Shown: positions 8,779 through 18,819 of the stretch, piece after piece
Layout: each line of letters starts with the position of its first letter
How positions within the stretch are numbered: the stretch's first letter is position 1
NCBI GenBank assembly: GCA_017647975.1
Contig: JAGCJL010000036.1
Span: forward strand, 1 to 63,062
DNA from: Bacteroidaceae bacterium
GTDB taxonomy: Bacteria > Bacteroidota > Bacteroidia > Bacteroidales > Bacteroidaceae
DNA: 63,062 nucleotides
Reading direction: 5' to 3'
The notes under the pieces: model-generated
What the model saw: only the letters and a program-made list of their open reading frames with translations
Told to the model about the DNA's origin: nothing
The model's database searches: none
Program-made: the position numbers and the translations under genes

Positions 8779-10266
8779 TTATAGCAATGGGACTGAATAA
8801 AAAACTTTTTTTCCATTGCTTGTTTGTGCGGTAATGAATAGCACCGGCTCATCTGAATTCTTGGCTTTTTTTAGTACGTACTTAACGTCATCAATACTAT
8901 TGATTGCAGTGCTGTTTATTTTTAATATTATGGTACCTTTTTTGATACCTGCAGTAGAGAAGATTCCTTTATTGACTTCTGTTACAACAACTCCATTGTT
9001 GATTCCTAAAAGTTCCTTTTCGCTATCCTCAATCTCTTTGAATTCAGCACCAAGAATATCAATGTCGGTCTCTTTGATAATATTTGTTCCACCTTGCTCA
9101 TTTTCCAAAGTAACTTCTATGGTTACGCTTTTTTTATTGCGTATGGTTTCTATTTCGATTTTGCTTCCGGGCAGGAATTTTGCAAGTGTCTCTTGCAGTT
9201 CTGCCATGTTTTTGATTTTTTTATTATCAATGGATGTTATGACATCACCGGTCTCTAAACCGGCTTTATCAGCAGCTCCTCCTTCTATAATTTTCGAAAT
9301 GAAAACACCTTCAACTGTTCCCAGGTCGCTTTTTTTGTTTAAATCACTATTTACATTTACACCAATAATTCCCAGTATGGCACGTTGGACGGTTCCGAAA
9401 TGTTTTAAATCTTCCACAACCTTTGTCATAATCGATACAGGTATGGCAAAACCGTATCCTGCGTATGAGCCGGTGGGCGATGTTAGTACAGAATTGATAC
9501 CAACAAGCTCCCCCTGTGTATTAACAAGAGCACCACCGCTGTTGCCTTGGTTTATTGCAGCGTCTGTCTGTATGAAAGATTCTATACCTCCATTGTATAT
9601 TCCCAAAGAACGAGTTTTAGCACTTACAATTCCGGCAGTAACAGTAGATGTCAGGTTGAACGGATTACCAACAGCTAAAACCCATTCTCCAACTTTGAGT
9701 TCATCGCTGTTGCCAATAGTCAGAAATGGAAGTTTCTCATCCGTAGTTATTTTAAGCAAGGCAAGGTCAGTATTGTTGTCACTGCCAATGAGTTCTGCTA
9801 TGAATGTGCGGTTATCGTTTAGTGTGACATTTATTTCATCAGCTCCATTTATTACATGGTTGTTTGTGACAATGTAGCCATCTTCGCTGAGTATAACTCC
9901 TGAACCAAATCCAACTCTGGGTTGAGTATGTACACGCTGCTTTCTTCCGGTTCCATCTCCGAAAATGAAATCATATATATTTGGTGCGTGTTGTATAATC
10001 TTTGTCTTGCCTTTCTCCGTCGATTTAATATGTACTACGGCATGAATTGACTTTTCTGCTGCAGTAATAAAGTCTGCTTTCCCTTGTGTGAAAGGTTGTG
10101 CAGTAAGGGTGTTCCTTACAACAAAATCAGGAGTGACATTTCGTACAGTCTCTGTAATTACATTCTCTTTTCCGCTTAAAAACTTATATGTGGTATATAC
10201 AGCTGTTACACAACTGACCAATACGATAATACATCCGATAATTAGATTTTTCAATATACTCTTCAT
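8779..10266 (-). CDS. HtrA/DegP/DegQ-family periplasmic serine endopeptidase with two PDZ domains
   Basis: 495 aa with an N-terminal anchor or signal and a trypsin-like catalytic domain (TNNHVI, DLALLK, GNSGGALVN), followed by PDZ-like repeats. Confidence 0.9.
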   Translation of the reverse strand: MKSILKNLIIGCIIVLVSCVTAVYTTYKFLSGKENVITETVRNVTPDFVVRNTLTAQPFTQGKADFITAAEKSIHAVVHIKSTEKGKTKIIQHAPNIYDFIFGDGTGRKQRVHTQPRVGFGSGVILSEDGYIVTNNHVINGADEINVTLNDNRTFIAELIGSDNNTDLALLKITTDEKLPFLTIGNSDELKVGEWVLAVGNPFNLTSTVTAGIVSAKTRSLGIYNGGIESFIQTDAAINQGNSGGALVNTQGELVGINSVLTSPTGSYAGYGFAIPVSIMTKVVEDLKHFGTVQRAILGIIGVNVNSDLNKKSDLGTVEGVFISKIIEGGAADKAGLETGDVITSIDNKKIKNMAELQETLAKFLPGSKIEIETIRNKKSVTIEVTLENEQGGTNIIKETDIDILGAEFKEIEDSEKELLGINNGVVVTEVNKGIFSTAGIKKGTIILKINSTAINSIDDVKYVLKKAKNSDEPVLFITAQTSNGKKVFYSVPLL

Positions 10267-10346
10267 ATTATTGTTTTAAAATTTATAGTTAGTTAAAATT
10301 GCTCTTCAATATATACAAATGTACTTATGAATAATTTATTAAACGA

Positions 10347-10373
10347 AAATAGAGCCATTTTTTGGCTCTATTT
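10347..10373 (-). terminator. Intrinsic terminator after zupT
   Basis: Stem aaatagagcc/ggctctattt with a 7-nt loop. The sequence downstream on the minus strand is T-rich. Confidence 0.6.
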
Positions 10374-10412
10374 AACACTTTAGACTCGCTTTTAACGGTG
10401 GTTAAGAAAAAC

Positions 10413-11186
10413 TTACCCTAATATTGTATCAAGTAACATCATCAGCATGAAACCCAAAGCAAAACCAATAGTTCCTATATTGCTGTGCTCCCCGGCTTGT
10501 GATGAAGGGATTAATTCTTCTACAACAACGTATAACATTGCACCGGCGGCAAAAGCCAATAAAACGGGCATTGAACCTGTACTGCTCTCTATGAACAGCA
10601 TTGTAGCGATGGCTGCGATAGGTTCTACTAATCCCGAAGCGGCTCCCCATGTAAAAGCCTTTGTTCGGCTTTTTCCCTCACTTCTTAGTGGAACAGAGAT
10701 TATGGCACCTTCGGGGATATTTTGTATTGCCATACCTAAAGCAAGAGCCAAAGCTCCCGACATACTCAAGCCTATATCACCATTCATGACACCTGCAAAG
10801 ACAACTCCAACAGCCATTCCTTCAGGAATATTGTGCAATGCAACTGCGAGAATCATTTTTATTGAACGCGGTAATTTTGATTTTGGACCTTCGGCCTCCT
10901 TGTCATCAACGTGTTGGTGGGGTATTACGGTGTCTAACAATAATAAAAATGCTATTCCGGCAATAAATCCTACGAATACCGGCCATACATTCCCGAATCC
11001 TTCGCCGCTCTGTTCTAAAGCTGGCTGTAGCAATGACCAAAAACTCGCAGCAACCATCACGCCCGAAGCAAATCCGAGCATGGCACGGTTGGTCTTGTCC
11101 GAAATCTTGTCGCGTAGCATGAATACCATTGCTGCACCAATAAAAGTTCCAAGGAATGGTATTGTGAGCCCTATAAGAATTTCCAT
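10413..11186 (-). CDS. zupT: ZIP-family zinc transporter
   Basis: Eight-TM ZIP pattern (HNIPEGMAVG, IQNIPEGAI, His-rich loop HQHVDDKEAEG). The ATG at 11186 is preferred over the upstream TTG at 11219. Confidence 0.85.
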   Translation of the reverse strand: MEILIGLTIPFLGTFIGAAMVFMLRDKISDKTNRAMLGFASGVMVAASFWSLLQPALEQSGEGFGNVWPVFVGFIAGIAFLLLLDTVIPHQHVDDKEAEGPKSKLPRSIKMILAVALHNIPEGMAVGVVFAGVMNGDIGLSMSGALALALGMAIQNIPEGAIISVPLRSEGKSRTKAFTWGAASGLVEPIAAIATMLFIESSTGSMPVLLAFAAGAMLYVVVEELIPSSQAGEHSNIGTIGFALGFMLMMLLDTILG

Positions 11187-11381
11187 AAATATATTCTTCT
11201 TTAAAAAACTAATAGGCAAAGGTAAAAAATATCTTTATAAAAATGTTTTTGTTGGTAGAATAATGTGTTGAAGAAAATAAATGTTTATAAAACCTGTTTG
11301 AAATCATTTTTTCTTCGTATCTTCGCAATATTATAGTGCTTTAGTGACTTTGTAAGTAAGAAAACAAAATAAAATACGTTT

Positions 11382-14300
11382 ATGATTTATTTTTTCACTA
11401 CCGGAGAGAATACGGTTATCGCAACTCAGACCAAGAATGTCCTGACATCAGCCGATGTTGAGAAACTTTGTTGGTTGTATGGTGAGGCTACACCTGTTGA
11501 GGGTGAGACAATGGAGGGCTTTTTTATTGGTCCTCGCCGAGAAATGATTACTCCTTGGAGTACCAATGCTGTGGAGATTACTCAGAACATGGGTCTTGAA
11601 GGCATTGAACGTATCGAAGAGTATTTCACAGTTGATAGCGAAGATGCTGAGTACGATCCAATGTTGCAACGCATGTATCGTGGTTTGGACCAGTCTGTCT
11701 TTACAGTTGATATTGAGCCTAAGCCAATAGAGTTTATTGAGGATCTTGACAGCTACAACGAACAGGAAGGTCTTGCACTTTCACAGGAGGAAATCGAGTA
11801 TCTCCACCGCGTTGAGGGCGAGCTTGGCCGTAAACTTACCGATAGCGAAGTGTTCGGTTTTGCACAGATTAACTCAGAACACTGCCGTCACAAGATTTTC
11901 GGTGGTACATTCATCATCGATGGTGAGGAGAAACCTTCATCGTTGTTTGCAATGATCAAGCGTACTACAAACGAGAACCGCAATAGCATTATTTCGGCTT
12001 ACAAGGATAATGTGGCGTTTGCTCAGGGTCCGGTTGTTGAGCAGTTCGCTCCAGCAGACCACTCTATTCCCGATTATTTCGTAATAAAAGATATTGAAAC
12101 TGTTATATCGCTCAAGGCGGAGACACACAATTTTCCTACAACTGTAGAGCCTTTCAATGGTGCTTCTACAGGTACCGGTGGTGAAATCCGTGACCGTATG
12201 GGTGGCGGTAAGGGTTCATGGCCTATAGCCGGAACAGCAGTTTATATGACATCTTATCCACGTACATATAACGACCGCAAGTGGGAAGAGATGCTTCCTG
12301 TACGCAAATGGTTGTATCAGACACCGGAGCAGATTTTGACAAAGGCATCAAATGGTGCTTCAGACTTCGGTAACAAGTTTGGCCAGCCTCTTATCTGTGG
12401 TTCTGTGCTGACATTTGAGCATGCTGAGAACAATGAGGTTTACGGTTATGACAAGGTTATCATGCTTGCGGGCGGTGTTGGCTACGGAACACGTCGCGAC
12501 TGCCTTAAAGGTGCTCCTGAAAAGGGCAATAAGGTTATTGTGATGGGTGGTGACAATTATCGTATTGGTCTTGGCGGTGGTTCAGTTTCTTCTGTTGATA
12601 CAGGCCGTTACTCTTCAGGTATTGAATTGAATGCAGTACAGCGTGCTAATGCCGAGATGCAAAAACGTGCTTATAACGTGGTACGTGCTTTGTGTGAGGA
12701 TGAAACAAACCCCGTTGTATCTATCCATGACCACGGTTCTGCCGGTCACGTAAACTGCCTGTCGGAACTTGTTGAGGAGTGCGGTGGTAAAATCAATATG
12801 GTCGATCTTCCTGTTGGTGACAGCACTTTGTCTGCTAAGGAAATTATTGCCAACGAGTCACAGGAGCGTATGGGCTTGCTTATCAAGGAAGATGCCATTG
12901 AATATGTTAAGCGTGTTGCAGAGCGTGAGCGTGCTCCAATGTATGTTGTTGGTGAGACAACAGGCGATGCACGTTTCGTCTTTGAACAGGCTGACGGTAA
13001 ACGTCCTTTTGATCTTTCTGTAAGCCAGATGTTTGGCTCTTCACCAAAGACATATATGGTTGACAAAACTGTTGAACGTCATTATAAGGATGCCGAGTAC
13101 AATGCCGAGAACATTGAAGAGTATCTTACCAATGTGCTTCGCCTTGAGGCTGTTGCTTGTAAGGATTGGTTGACAAATAAGGTTGACCGTTCTGTAACTG
13201 GTAAGATTGCACGTCAGCAGTGTCAGGGAGAGATTCAGTTGCCTCTTAGCGATTGCGGTGTTGTTACACTCGATTATCGTGGAAAACAGGGTATAGCAAC
13301 ATCTATCGGTCACGCACCTCAGGCAGGTCTTGCAGACCCAGCGAAAGGTTCAGTACTTGCTGTTTCTGAGGCTTTGACAAACATTGTTCTTGCACCTCTT
13401 GCAAATGGTATCAAGAGTATTTCGCTCAGTGCTAACTGGATGTGGCCATGTCGCTCACAAGAGGGTGAGGACGCTCGTCTCTATCGTGGTGTTGAGGCTC
13501 TAAGTGATTTCTGCTGTGATTTGAAAGTAAATGTCCCAACAGGTAAGGACTCTTTGTCAATGACACAGAAATATCCCGATGGAACAAAGGTTATCAGTCC
13601 GGGAACAGTTATCGTTTCAGCAGGTGGTGAGGTATCTGATGTACGCAAAGTGGTTTCTCCAGTAATGGTAAACGAGCCAAAGAGTGCTTTCTATCATATC
13701 GATTTTAGCTTTGATCATCTGCGTCTTGGTGGTTCAGCTTTTGCACAGACACTTAATTGCATCGGTGACGATGTTCCAACAGTTGCAAATCCTGAATATT
13801 TTGCCGAGGCTTTCGAGGCTGTACAGAAACTTGTAAACGAAGGCTTGATTCTTGCAGTTCATGATATTTCAGCCGGTGGTCTCATTACCACTTTGTTGGA
13901 GATGTGTTTTGCTAACACAACCGGTGGTATGGAAATAGATCTTAACAATGTTGTTGAGAATGATATCGTGAAATTGTTGTTTGCAGAGAATCCTGCTCTT
14001 GTCATTCAGGTTGCAGACAAGAACAAGTGTCGTATGCAAGAAATCCTTGATGAGGCCGGTATCTGCTTTGTTAAGATTGGTACTCCATGTGAAAAACGTC
14101 ATATTGCTGTTGCCAAGAACAACCGTACACGTCTGTTCGATATTGACCATTACCGCGATGTTTGGTATGATAGCTCATATCTCATGGATCTCAAACAGAG
14201 TTTCAATGGTTGTGCAAGCGAGCGTTTGCAGAACTATAAGAATCAACCATTGCGTTTCCGTATGCCGGCCAAGTTCAACGGTATGTTGTCAAGTTATGGC

Positions 14301-15083
14301 ATGTCGGCCGACCGCAGAGAGAAATCGGGCGTTCGTGCAGCAATTATCCGCGAGAAAGGAACAAATGGTGAGCGTGAGATGGCTTATGCTATGCACCTTG
14401 CCGGCTTTGATGTTAAAGACGTTACAATGACCGACCTTATCAGCGGTCGTGAGACACTTGATGAGGTGAACTTCATTGTATTCTGCGGTGGTTTCTCTAA
14501 CTCAGACGTTCTTGGTTCAGCCAAAGGATGGGCCGGTGGCTTCCTTTTCAATCCTAAAGCAAAGGCAGCACTCGACCGTTTCTACCAACGTGAGGATACT
14601 CTATCGCTTGGTATCTGTAACGGTTGCCAGTTGATGATGGAGTTGAACCTGATTAACCCCGAATATGCAGAGCGTGGACGTATGTTGCATAACAACTCAC
14701 ACAAGTTCGAGTCTTCATTCGTAGGAGTTAATATACCTCAGAACAACAGCGTATTGTTTGGTTCATTATCAAACAGCCGTCTTGGTGTTTGGGTTGCACA
14801 CGGTGAGGGTAAATTTTCATTGCCATACGAGGCTGAGAAGTATAACATTGTTGCACAGTATGCTTATGAGGGCTATCCAGCCAATCCTAACGGTTCAGAC
14901 TATAATGTGGCTGCTCTTGCAAGTGCCGATGGTCGTCACGTTGCAATGATGCCACACCCTGAGCGTGCAATATTCCCATGGCAGTGTGCTACATATCCTG
15001 CTGCAAATATCAGTGATGATGTAACACCATGGATTGAGATATTCCGTAACGCTTTTAATTGGGTAAGCGAGAAAGTAAAATAA
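11382..15083 (+). CDS. purL: Phosphoribosylformylglycinamidine synthase, single-chain large form
   Basis: 1233 aa with FGAM synthetase domains and a C-terminal glutaminase triad region (GICNGCQLM, HGEG). Confidence 0.95.
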   Translation: MIYFFTTGENTVIATQTKNVLTSADVEKLCWLYGEATPVEGETMEGFFIGPRREMITPWSTNAVEITQNMGLEGIERIEEYFTVDSEDAEYDPMLQRMYRGLDQSVFTVDIEPKPIEFIEDLDSYNEQEGLALSQEEIEYLHRVEGELGRKLTDSEVFGFAQINSEHCRHKIFGGTFIIDGEEKPSSLFAMIKRTTNENRNSIISAYKDNVAFAQGPVVEQFAPADHSIPDYFVIKDIETVISLKAETHNFPTTVEPFNGASTGTGGEIRDRMGGGKGSWPIAGTAVYMTSYPRTYNDRKWEEMLPVRKWLYQTPEQILTKASNGASDFGNKFGQPLICGSVLTFEHAENNEVYGYDKVIMLAGGVGYGTRRDCLKGAPEKGNKVIVMGGDNYRIGLGGGSVSSVDTGRYSSGIELNAVQRANAEMQKRAYNVVRALCEDETNPVVSIHDHGSAGHVNCLSELVEECGGKINMVDLPVGDSTLSAKEIIANESQERMGLLIKEDAIEYVKRVAERERAPMYVVGETTGDARFVFEQADGKRPFDLSVSQMFGSSPKTYMVDKTVERHYKDAEYNAENIEEYLTNVLRLEAVACKDWLTNKVDRSVTGKIARQQCQGEIQLPLSDCGVVTLDYRGKQGIATSIGHAPQAGLADPAKGSVLAVSEALTNIVLAPLANGIKSISLSANWMWPCRSQEGEDARLYRGVEALSDFCCDLKVNVPTGKDSLSMTQKYPDGTKVISPGTVIVSAGGEVSDVRKVVSPVMVNEPKSAFYHIDFSFDHLRLGGSAFAQTLNCIGDDVPTVANPEYFAEAFEAVQKLVNEGLILAVHDISAGGLITTLLEMCFANTTGGMEIDLNNVVENDIVKLLFAENPALVIQVADKNKCRMQEILDEAGICFVKIGTPCEKRHIAVAKNNRTRLFDIDHYRDVWYDSSYLMDLKQSFNGCASERLQNYKNQPLRFRMPAKFNGMLSSYGMSADRREKSGVRAAIIREKGTNGEREMAYAMHLAGFDVKDVTMTDLISGRETLDEVNFIVFCGGFSNSDVLGSAKGWAGGFLFNPKAKAALDRFYQREDTLSLGICNGCQLMMELNLINPEYAERGRMLHNNSHKFESSFVGVNIPQNNSVLFGSLSNSRLGVWVAHGEGKFSLPYEAEKYNIVAQYAYEGYPANPNGSDYNVAALASADGRHVAMMPHPERAIFPWQCATYPAANISDDVTPWIEIFRNAFNWVSEKVK

Positions 15084-15095
15084 TTGCTGAAAAGC

Positions 15096-15118
15096 AGGGG
15101 CGGGGTCTGCCCGCCCTT
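15096..15118 (+). terminator. GC-rich hairpin 1 after purL
   Basis: agggGCGGG-gtctg-CCCGCCctt, 13 nt after the purL stop. The T-run is weak. Confidence 0.6.
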
Positions 15119-15132
15119 TAAAAGATAAAGAA

Positions 15133-15156
15133 CAGGGGCAGACATGTCTGCCCCTG
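15133..15156 (+). terminator. GC-rich perfect palindrome 2 after purL
   Basis: caggggcagaca/tgtctgcccctg, a 24-nt perfect palindrome. Confidence 0.55.
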
Positions 15157-15178
15157 TATGTTTTGATGATATTCACAA

Positions 15179-15724
15179 ATGCCAACTTCGCTTTTTAAAC
15201 TTTTTATTACCTTTTTCAAGGTCGGTCTCTTTACCTTTGGTGGAGGGTATGCCATGATACCGCTCATTGAACGTGAGGTAGTGCAACGTTACCGTTGGGT
15301 GTCGGGAACGGAGTTTGTTGATTTGCTGGCAATATCCCAATCAGCACCAGGGGTTTTTGCTGTGAATATTTCGGTTTTTATAGGCAATAAGTTACGTGGA
15401 ACTCGCGGAGCATTGTCTGCTTCTCTGGGTTGTGTATTGCCGTCGGTTCTCATAATATTGGCTATTGCACTCTTCTTTAGCCATTTCCGCCATCTTGAGG
15501 TTGTGAACAATGTCTTTATGGGAATACGTCCTGTTGTGGTGGCTCTTATTGCAGTACCCGTGTTTAATGTTGCTAAGAGTGCCAAGATAGGATGGACAAC
15601 AGTGTGGATACCGTTGCTTTCGGCACTGCTTATTGTGGTAATGGGTGTTTCACCTATTTATATAATACTTCTTGCCGGTATTTGTGGCTTTGTTTGGGGT
15701 AAAATAAAGAATAACCGCTCATGA
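15179..15724 (+). CDS. chrA: Chromate transporter family protein (short CHR, N-terminal-type half)
   Basis: 181 aa with the motif FKVGLFTFGGGYAMIPLIEREVV, typical of the CHR family. It pairs with the next gene. Confidence 0.8.
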   Translation: MPTSLFKLFITFFKVGLFTFGGGYAMIPLIEREVVQRYRWVSGTEFVDLLAISQSAPGVFAVNISVFIGNKLRGTRGALSASLGCVLPSVLIILAIALFFSHFRHLEVVNNVFMGIRPVVVALIAVPVFNVAKSAKIGWTTVWIPLLSALLIVVMGVSPIYIILLAGICGFVWGKIKNNRS

Positions 15725-16308
15725 TGATATTCCTTGAACTTTTTTATACTTTCATCAAGATTGGTCTCTTCTCTTTTGGCGGAGGCTATGGTATGCTGTC
15801 GGTTATTCAAGGCGAGGTCGTTACACGACACTCTTGGATATCCTCTTCGGAGTTTACCGATATCGTTGCAATCAGTCAAATGACCCCCGGGCCAATAGGT
15901 ATCAATTCTGCAACATACGTGGGATATACAGCTGTTGTGAACAGTGGCGGTACGGAACTGATGGGCGTGCTTGGCTCCTTAACTGCCTCATTCGCAGTTA
16001 TGTTGCCTTCAGTGATACTGATGCTGTTAGTCAGTCGTTTCTTTATGAAATACAGCCGTCACAGCGGTGTTGAGGCTGTTTTTGCCGGTTTGCGTCCGGC
16101 GGTTGTCGGTCTTATTGCTTCGGCAGCACTGTTGTTGATGACAAAGGATAATTTCGGTTCAATAGTTGAGACTCCTTTACAGTTCTGGGTAAGTTTGCTG
16201 TTGTTCTGTTCCGCTTTTATAGCGATGAAATTCTTTAAGATAAGCCCATTGTTGCTTTTGTTTCTTGCCGGTATCTTCGGTGGTATTTTTTATGGGCTTG
16301 TATTGTGA
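15721..16308 (+). CDS. chrA: Chromate transporter family protein (short CHR, C-terminal-type half)
   Basis: 195 aa with the motif IKIGLFSFGGGYGMLSVIQGEVV. It overlaps the preceding half by 4 nt (ATGA). Confidence 0.8.
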   Translation: MMIFLELFYTFIKIGLFSFGGGYGMLSVIQGEVVTRHSWISSSEFTDIVAISQMTPGPIGINSATYVGYTAVVNSGGTELMGVLGSLTASFAVMLPSVILMLLVSRFFMKYSRHSGVEAVFAGLRPAVVGLIASAALLLMTKDNFGSIVETPLQFWVSLLLFCSAFIAMKFFKISPLLLLFLAGIFGGIFYGLVL

Positions 16309-16391
16309 AATATATAAGATATTTATATTACTATAAACGAACTTTGCATTGCTTTTAATCAGATATTTTTGTTAATGCCGTATGTTATGTT

Positions 16392-16399
16392 TAATTTTG
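16392..16399 (+). promoter_or_regulatory. -7 box TAatTTTG for the transporter-mtnN-luxS operon
   Basis: TAnnTTTG match 38 nt upstream of the ATG at 16437. Confidence 0.5.
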
Positions 16400-16436
16400 C
16401 AAAGTTTAATAAAAGGGATAATAAATCGAAACAACA

Positions 16437-17582
16437 ATGAAAAACATCTTTTCTAAAATTTGGGGGTTAATTCCGGGTGGAATAATATGTTTGGCAGTAT
16501 TCTTTTTGCTGTTCGGTTATCTTGGAATGAGAATGGGAACAGCCAACATGCTGAATACAATCATGAATACAGCTCACGACTTGTTGCTGAATACTGTATT
16601 TTATCTTATGGCAATTTGTGTGGTCACAGGTGCAATAGGTAAAGTTTTTGTTGAGTTCGGTGTAGTGAAGTTGCTTGAGAAAATACTTCGTCCTCTGATG
16701 AAGCCTCTATTCAATCTTCCAGGTGTGGCATCTCTTGGTGCTGTACTTACATTCCTTTCCGATAATCCGGCGATAATCTCATTGGCACAGGATAAGCGTT
16801 TTGCAACCTATTTCAAAAAATACCAGTTTATTTCGCTCACAAACTTTGGTACAGCCTTCGGTATGGGTTTGTTGGTGATTGTGTTTATGGTTGGTCAGGG
16901 CTTTTTTGCGGAGCCTTTTATTGGTCTTCTCGGAGCTTTTGCTGGTTGCATAATCTCTACACGTCTTATGCAACGCTTTGTTGTTAAGGAATATCCTAAG
17001 TTTAAAAATGAAGCAGCAATTGATACTTGTGTGATAGAGGAAGAAAAACATGATGATTATGAAAAACCTCTATTCCAGCGTATCCTTGATTCACTACTTG
17101 ACGGTGGTCGCACCGGTGTTGATGTCGGTCTTGCAATTATCCCCGGTGTTCTCATAATATCGACTCTTGTAATGTTGCTTACATTTGGTCCTTCAGCCGA
17201 TGGAGAATTTACTGGTGCAGCTTATCAGGGAGTACAGTTGTTGCCTTGGGTATGTGAAAAACTTGGTTTTGTCTTTAAATGGCTCTTTGGCTTTACAGAT
17301 CCTCACTTGATAGCATTCCCAATTACAGCTCTTGGAGCAGTCGGTGCTGCACTCGGACTTATTCCTGGTTTTATTACCGAGGGGTGGATTGATGGTAATG
17401 CCATTGCGGTATTTACTGCTATTGGTATGTGTTGGAGTGGTTATCTGAGTACGCATACCGCGATGCTCGATACTCTTGGCTATCGTCAGTTGACATCAAA
17501 GGCAATTCTTGCTCACACAATTGGTGGCTTTGTGGCTGGTATTGTGGCTCATTATGCATTTTTGTTGTATTCTTTGTTATAA
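16437..17582 (+). CDS. Polytopic membrane protein, probably of the nucleoside-recognition (Gate) domain family
   Basis: 381 aa and about 10 TM helices. The overall look is that of YjiH/SpmA-like Gate-domain proteins. The assignment is by eye only. Confidence 0.5.
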   Translation: MKNIFSKIWGLIPGGIICLAVFFLLFGYLGMRMGTANMLNTIMNTAHDLLLNTVFYLMAICVVTGAIGKVFVEFGVVKLLEKILRPLMKPLFNLPGVASLGAVLTFLSDNPAIISLAQDKRFATYFKKYQFISLTNFGTAFGMGLLVIVFMVGQGFFAEPFIGLLGAFAGCIISTRLMQRFVVKEYPKFKNEAAIDTCVIEEEKHDDYEKPLFQRILDSLLDGGRTGVDVGLAIIPGVLIISTLVMLLTFGPSADGEFTGAAYQGVQLLPWVCEKLGFVFKWLFGFTDPHLIAFPITALGAVGAALGLIPGFITEGWIDGNAIAVFTAIGMCWSGYLSTHTAMLDTLGYRQLTSKAILAHTIGGFVAGIVAHYAFLLYSLL

Positions 17583-17588
17583 TACTAT

Positions 17589-18287
17589 ATGAGAATAGGT
17601 GTATTGACAGCGATGACATCGGAGTTTGAGCAGTTGGCCAAACTTTTGACAGGTGTTGAACATTGTGTTAAAGGAGGTATTGAATATCTTGTAGGTACTC
17701 TTGATACAAATGAGATTGTTCTACGTCAGTGTGGTATAGGAAAGGTTAATGCGGCAGTTGGAACATTGGAACTGATACGTTCTTTCTCCCCGGACATTAT
17801 TGTCAGTACCGGTGTTGCAGGTGGTATTGATGAGTGTCTTGATGTTATGGATGTCGTTGTAAGTTCATCTATAGTCTATCATGATGTTTGGTGCGGTATG
17901 GGGTGTGAATATGGTCAGGTGCAAGGAATGCCGGCGGTATTCCCTGTTGAAGAGAGACTTTATGCTGCCGCTGTTTCATTGAATGATGATAAAGAGTCAT
18001 CTTCATGTATTCATGAAGGACTAATATGTACCGGAGATCAATTTATCACAAGCCGGGAAGAACTCAATAAAATAAAATCAAACTTCCCAGCCGGTTTAGC
18101 CGTGGATATGGAGTCGGCAGCCATAGCACAGACATGTCATATATATGATGTGCCGTTTGTCAGTTTCCGTATTATAAGCGACACTCCGGGTGTTGATAAA
18201 CATATTGAACAGTATGAGAATTTCTGGGGCGAGATGGCTAACCGTTCATTTGGAGTTACCCGCCGTTTCCTCTCTAAATTGAAATGA
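17589..18287 (+). CDS. mtnN: 5'-methylthioadenosine/S-adenosylhomocysteine nucleosidase
   Basis: 232 aa of the PNP_UDP_1 family with Pfs-type motifs (MRIGVLTAM..E, GIGKVNAA, VDMESAAIAQ, SFRIISD). Confidence 0.9.
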   Translation: MRIGVLTAMTSEFEQLAKLLTGVEHCVKGGIEYLVGTLDTNEIVLRQCGIGKVNAAVGTLELIRSFSPDIIVSTGVAGGIDECLDVMDVVVSSSIVYHDVWCGMGCEYGQVQGMPAVFPVEERLYAAAVSLNDDKESSSCIHEGLICTGDQFITSREELNKIKSNFPAGLAVDMESAAIAQTCHIYDVPFVSFRIISDTPGVDKHIEQYENFWGEMANRSFGVTRRFLSKLK

Positions 18288-18769
18288 TTATGGAAAAGAT
18301 ACCAAGTTTCACAATAGATCATATACGTCTTAAACGTGGTGTTTATGTATCAAGAATTGATAATGTAGGTGGCGATATCGTTACTACATTTGATGTTCGC
18401 ATGAAAGAACCCAATCGTGAGCCGGCATTAAGTCCTTCGGCTTTGCATACAATAGAACATCTTGCAGCAACTTTCCTCCGTAATCACAAGGTGTGGGCTG
18501 AGCGTATAATATATTGGGGTCCCATGGGTTGTCTCACCGGAAATTACCTCCTTGTAAAAGGCGAGGCTACTCCGGCCGATGTTCTTCCGTTATTGATGGA
18601 AACATTCGCTTTTGTTGCGGAATTTGATGGTGATATTCCCGGTGCTTCGGCACGCGATTGTGGAAATTATCTTCTAATGAATTTACCCGAAGCACGTTGG
18701 GAGGCGAAGAAATATCTCGAAGAGGTACTTTGTGTAGCAACCGAGGAGAATATGAATTATCCGGTTTGA
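18284..18769 (+). CDS. luxS: S-ribosylhomocysteine lyase
   Basis: 161 aa with the metal-binding HTIEH motif and the conserved PMGC cysteine. It overlaps mtnN by 4 nt. Confidence 0.95.
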   Translation: MIMEKIPSFTIDHIRLKRGVYVSRIDNVGGDIVTTFDVRMKEPNREPALSPSALHTIEHLAATFLRNHKVWAERIIYWGPMGCLTGNYLLVKGEATPADVLPLLMETFAFVAEFDGDIPGASARDCGNYLLMNLPEARWEAKKYLEEVLCVATEENMNYPV

Positions 18770-18785
18770 TATTATATAGATACAC

Positions 18786-18816
18786 AAAAAAAGTCAGCGT
18801 TTAGCTGACTTTTTTT
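18786..18816 (+). terminator. Rho-independent terminator after luxS
   Basis: A-run, stem agtcagc/gctgact with loop gttta, then a T6 run. Confidence 0.85.
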
Positions 18817-18819
18817 GTG

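Noticed and set aside
8816-9877. 353-aa plus-strand ORF antisense to htrA
   Set aside because: It is an S/L/P/F-rich shadow ORF lying entirely inside a well-supported protease gene, with no independent signals.
10447-11271. 274-aa plus-strand ORF antisense to zupT
   Set aside because: It is a shadow ORF of a membrane-protein gene. The composition is non-protein-like and there is no promoter.
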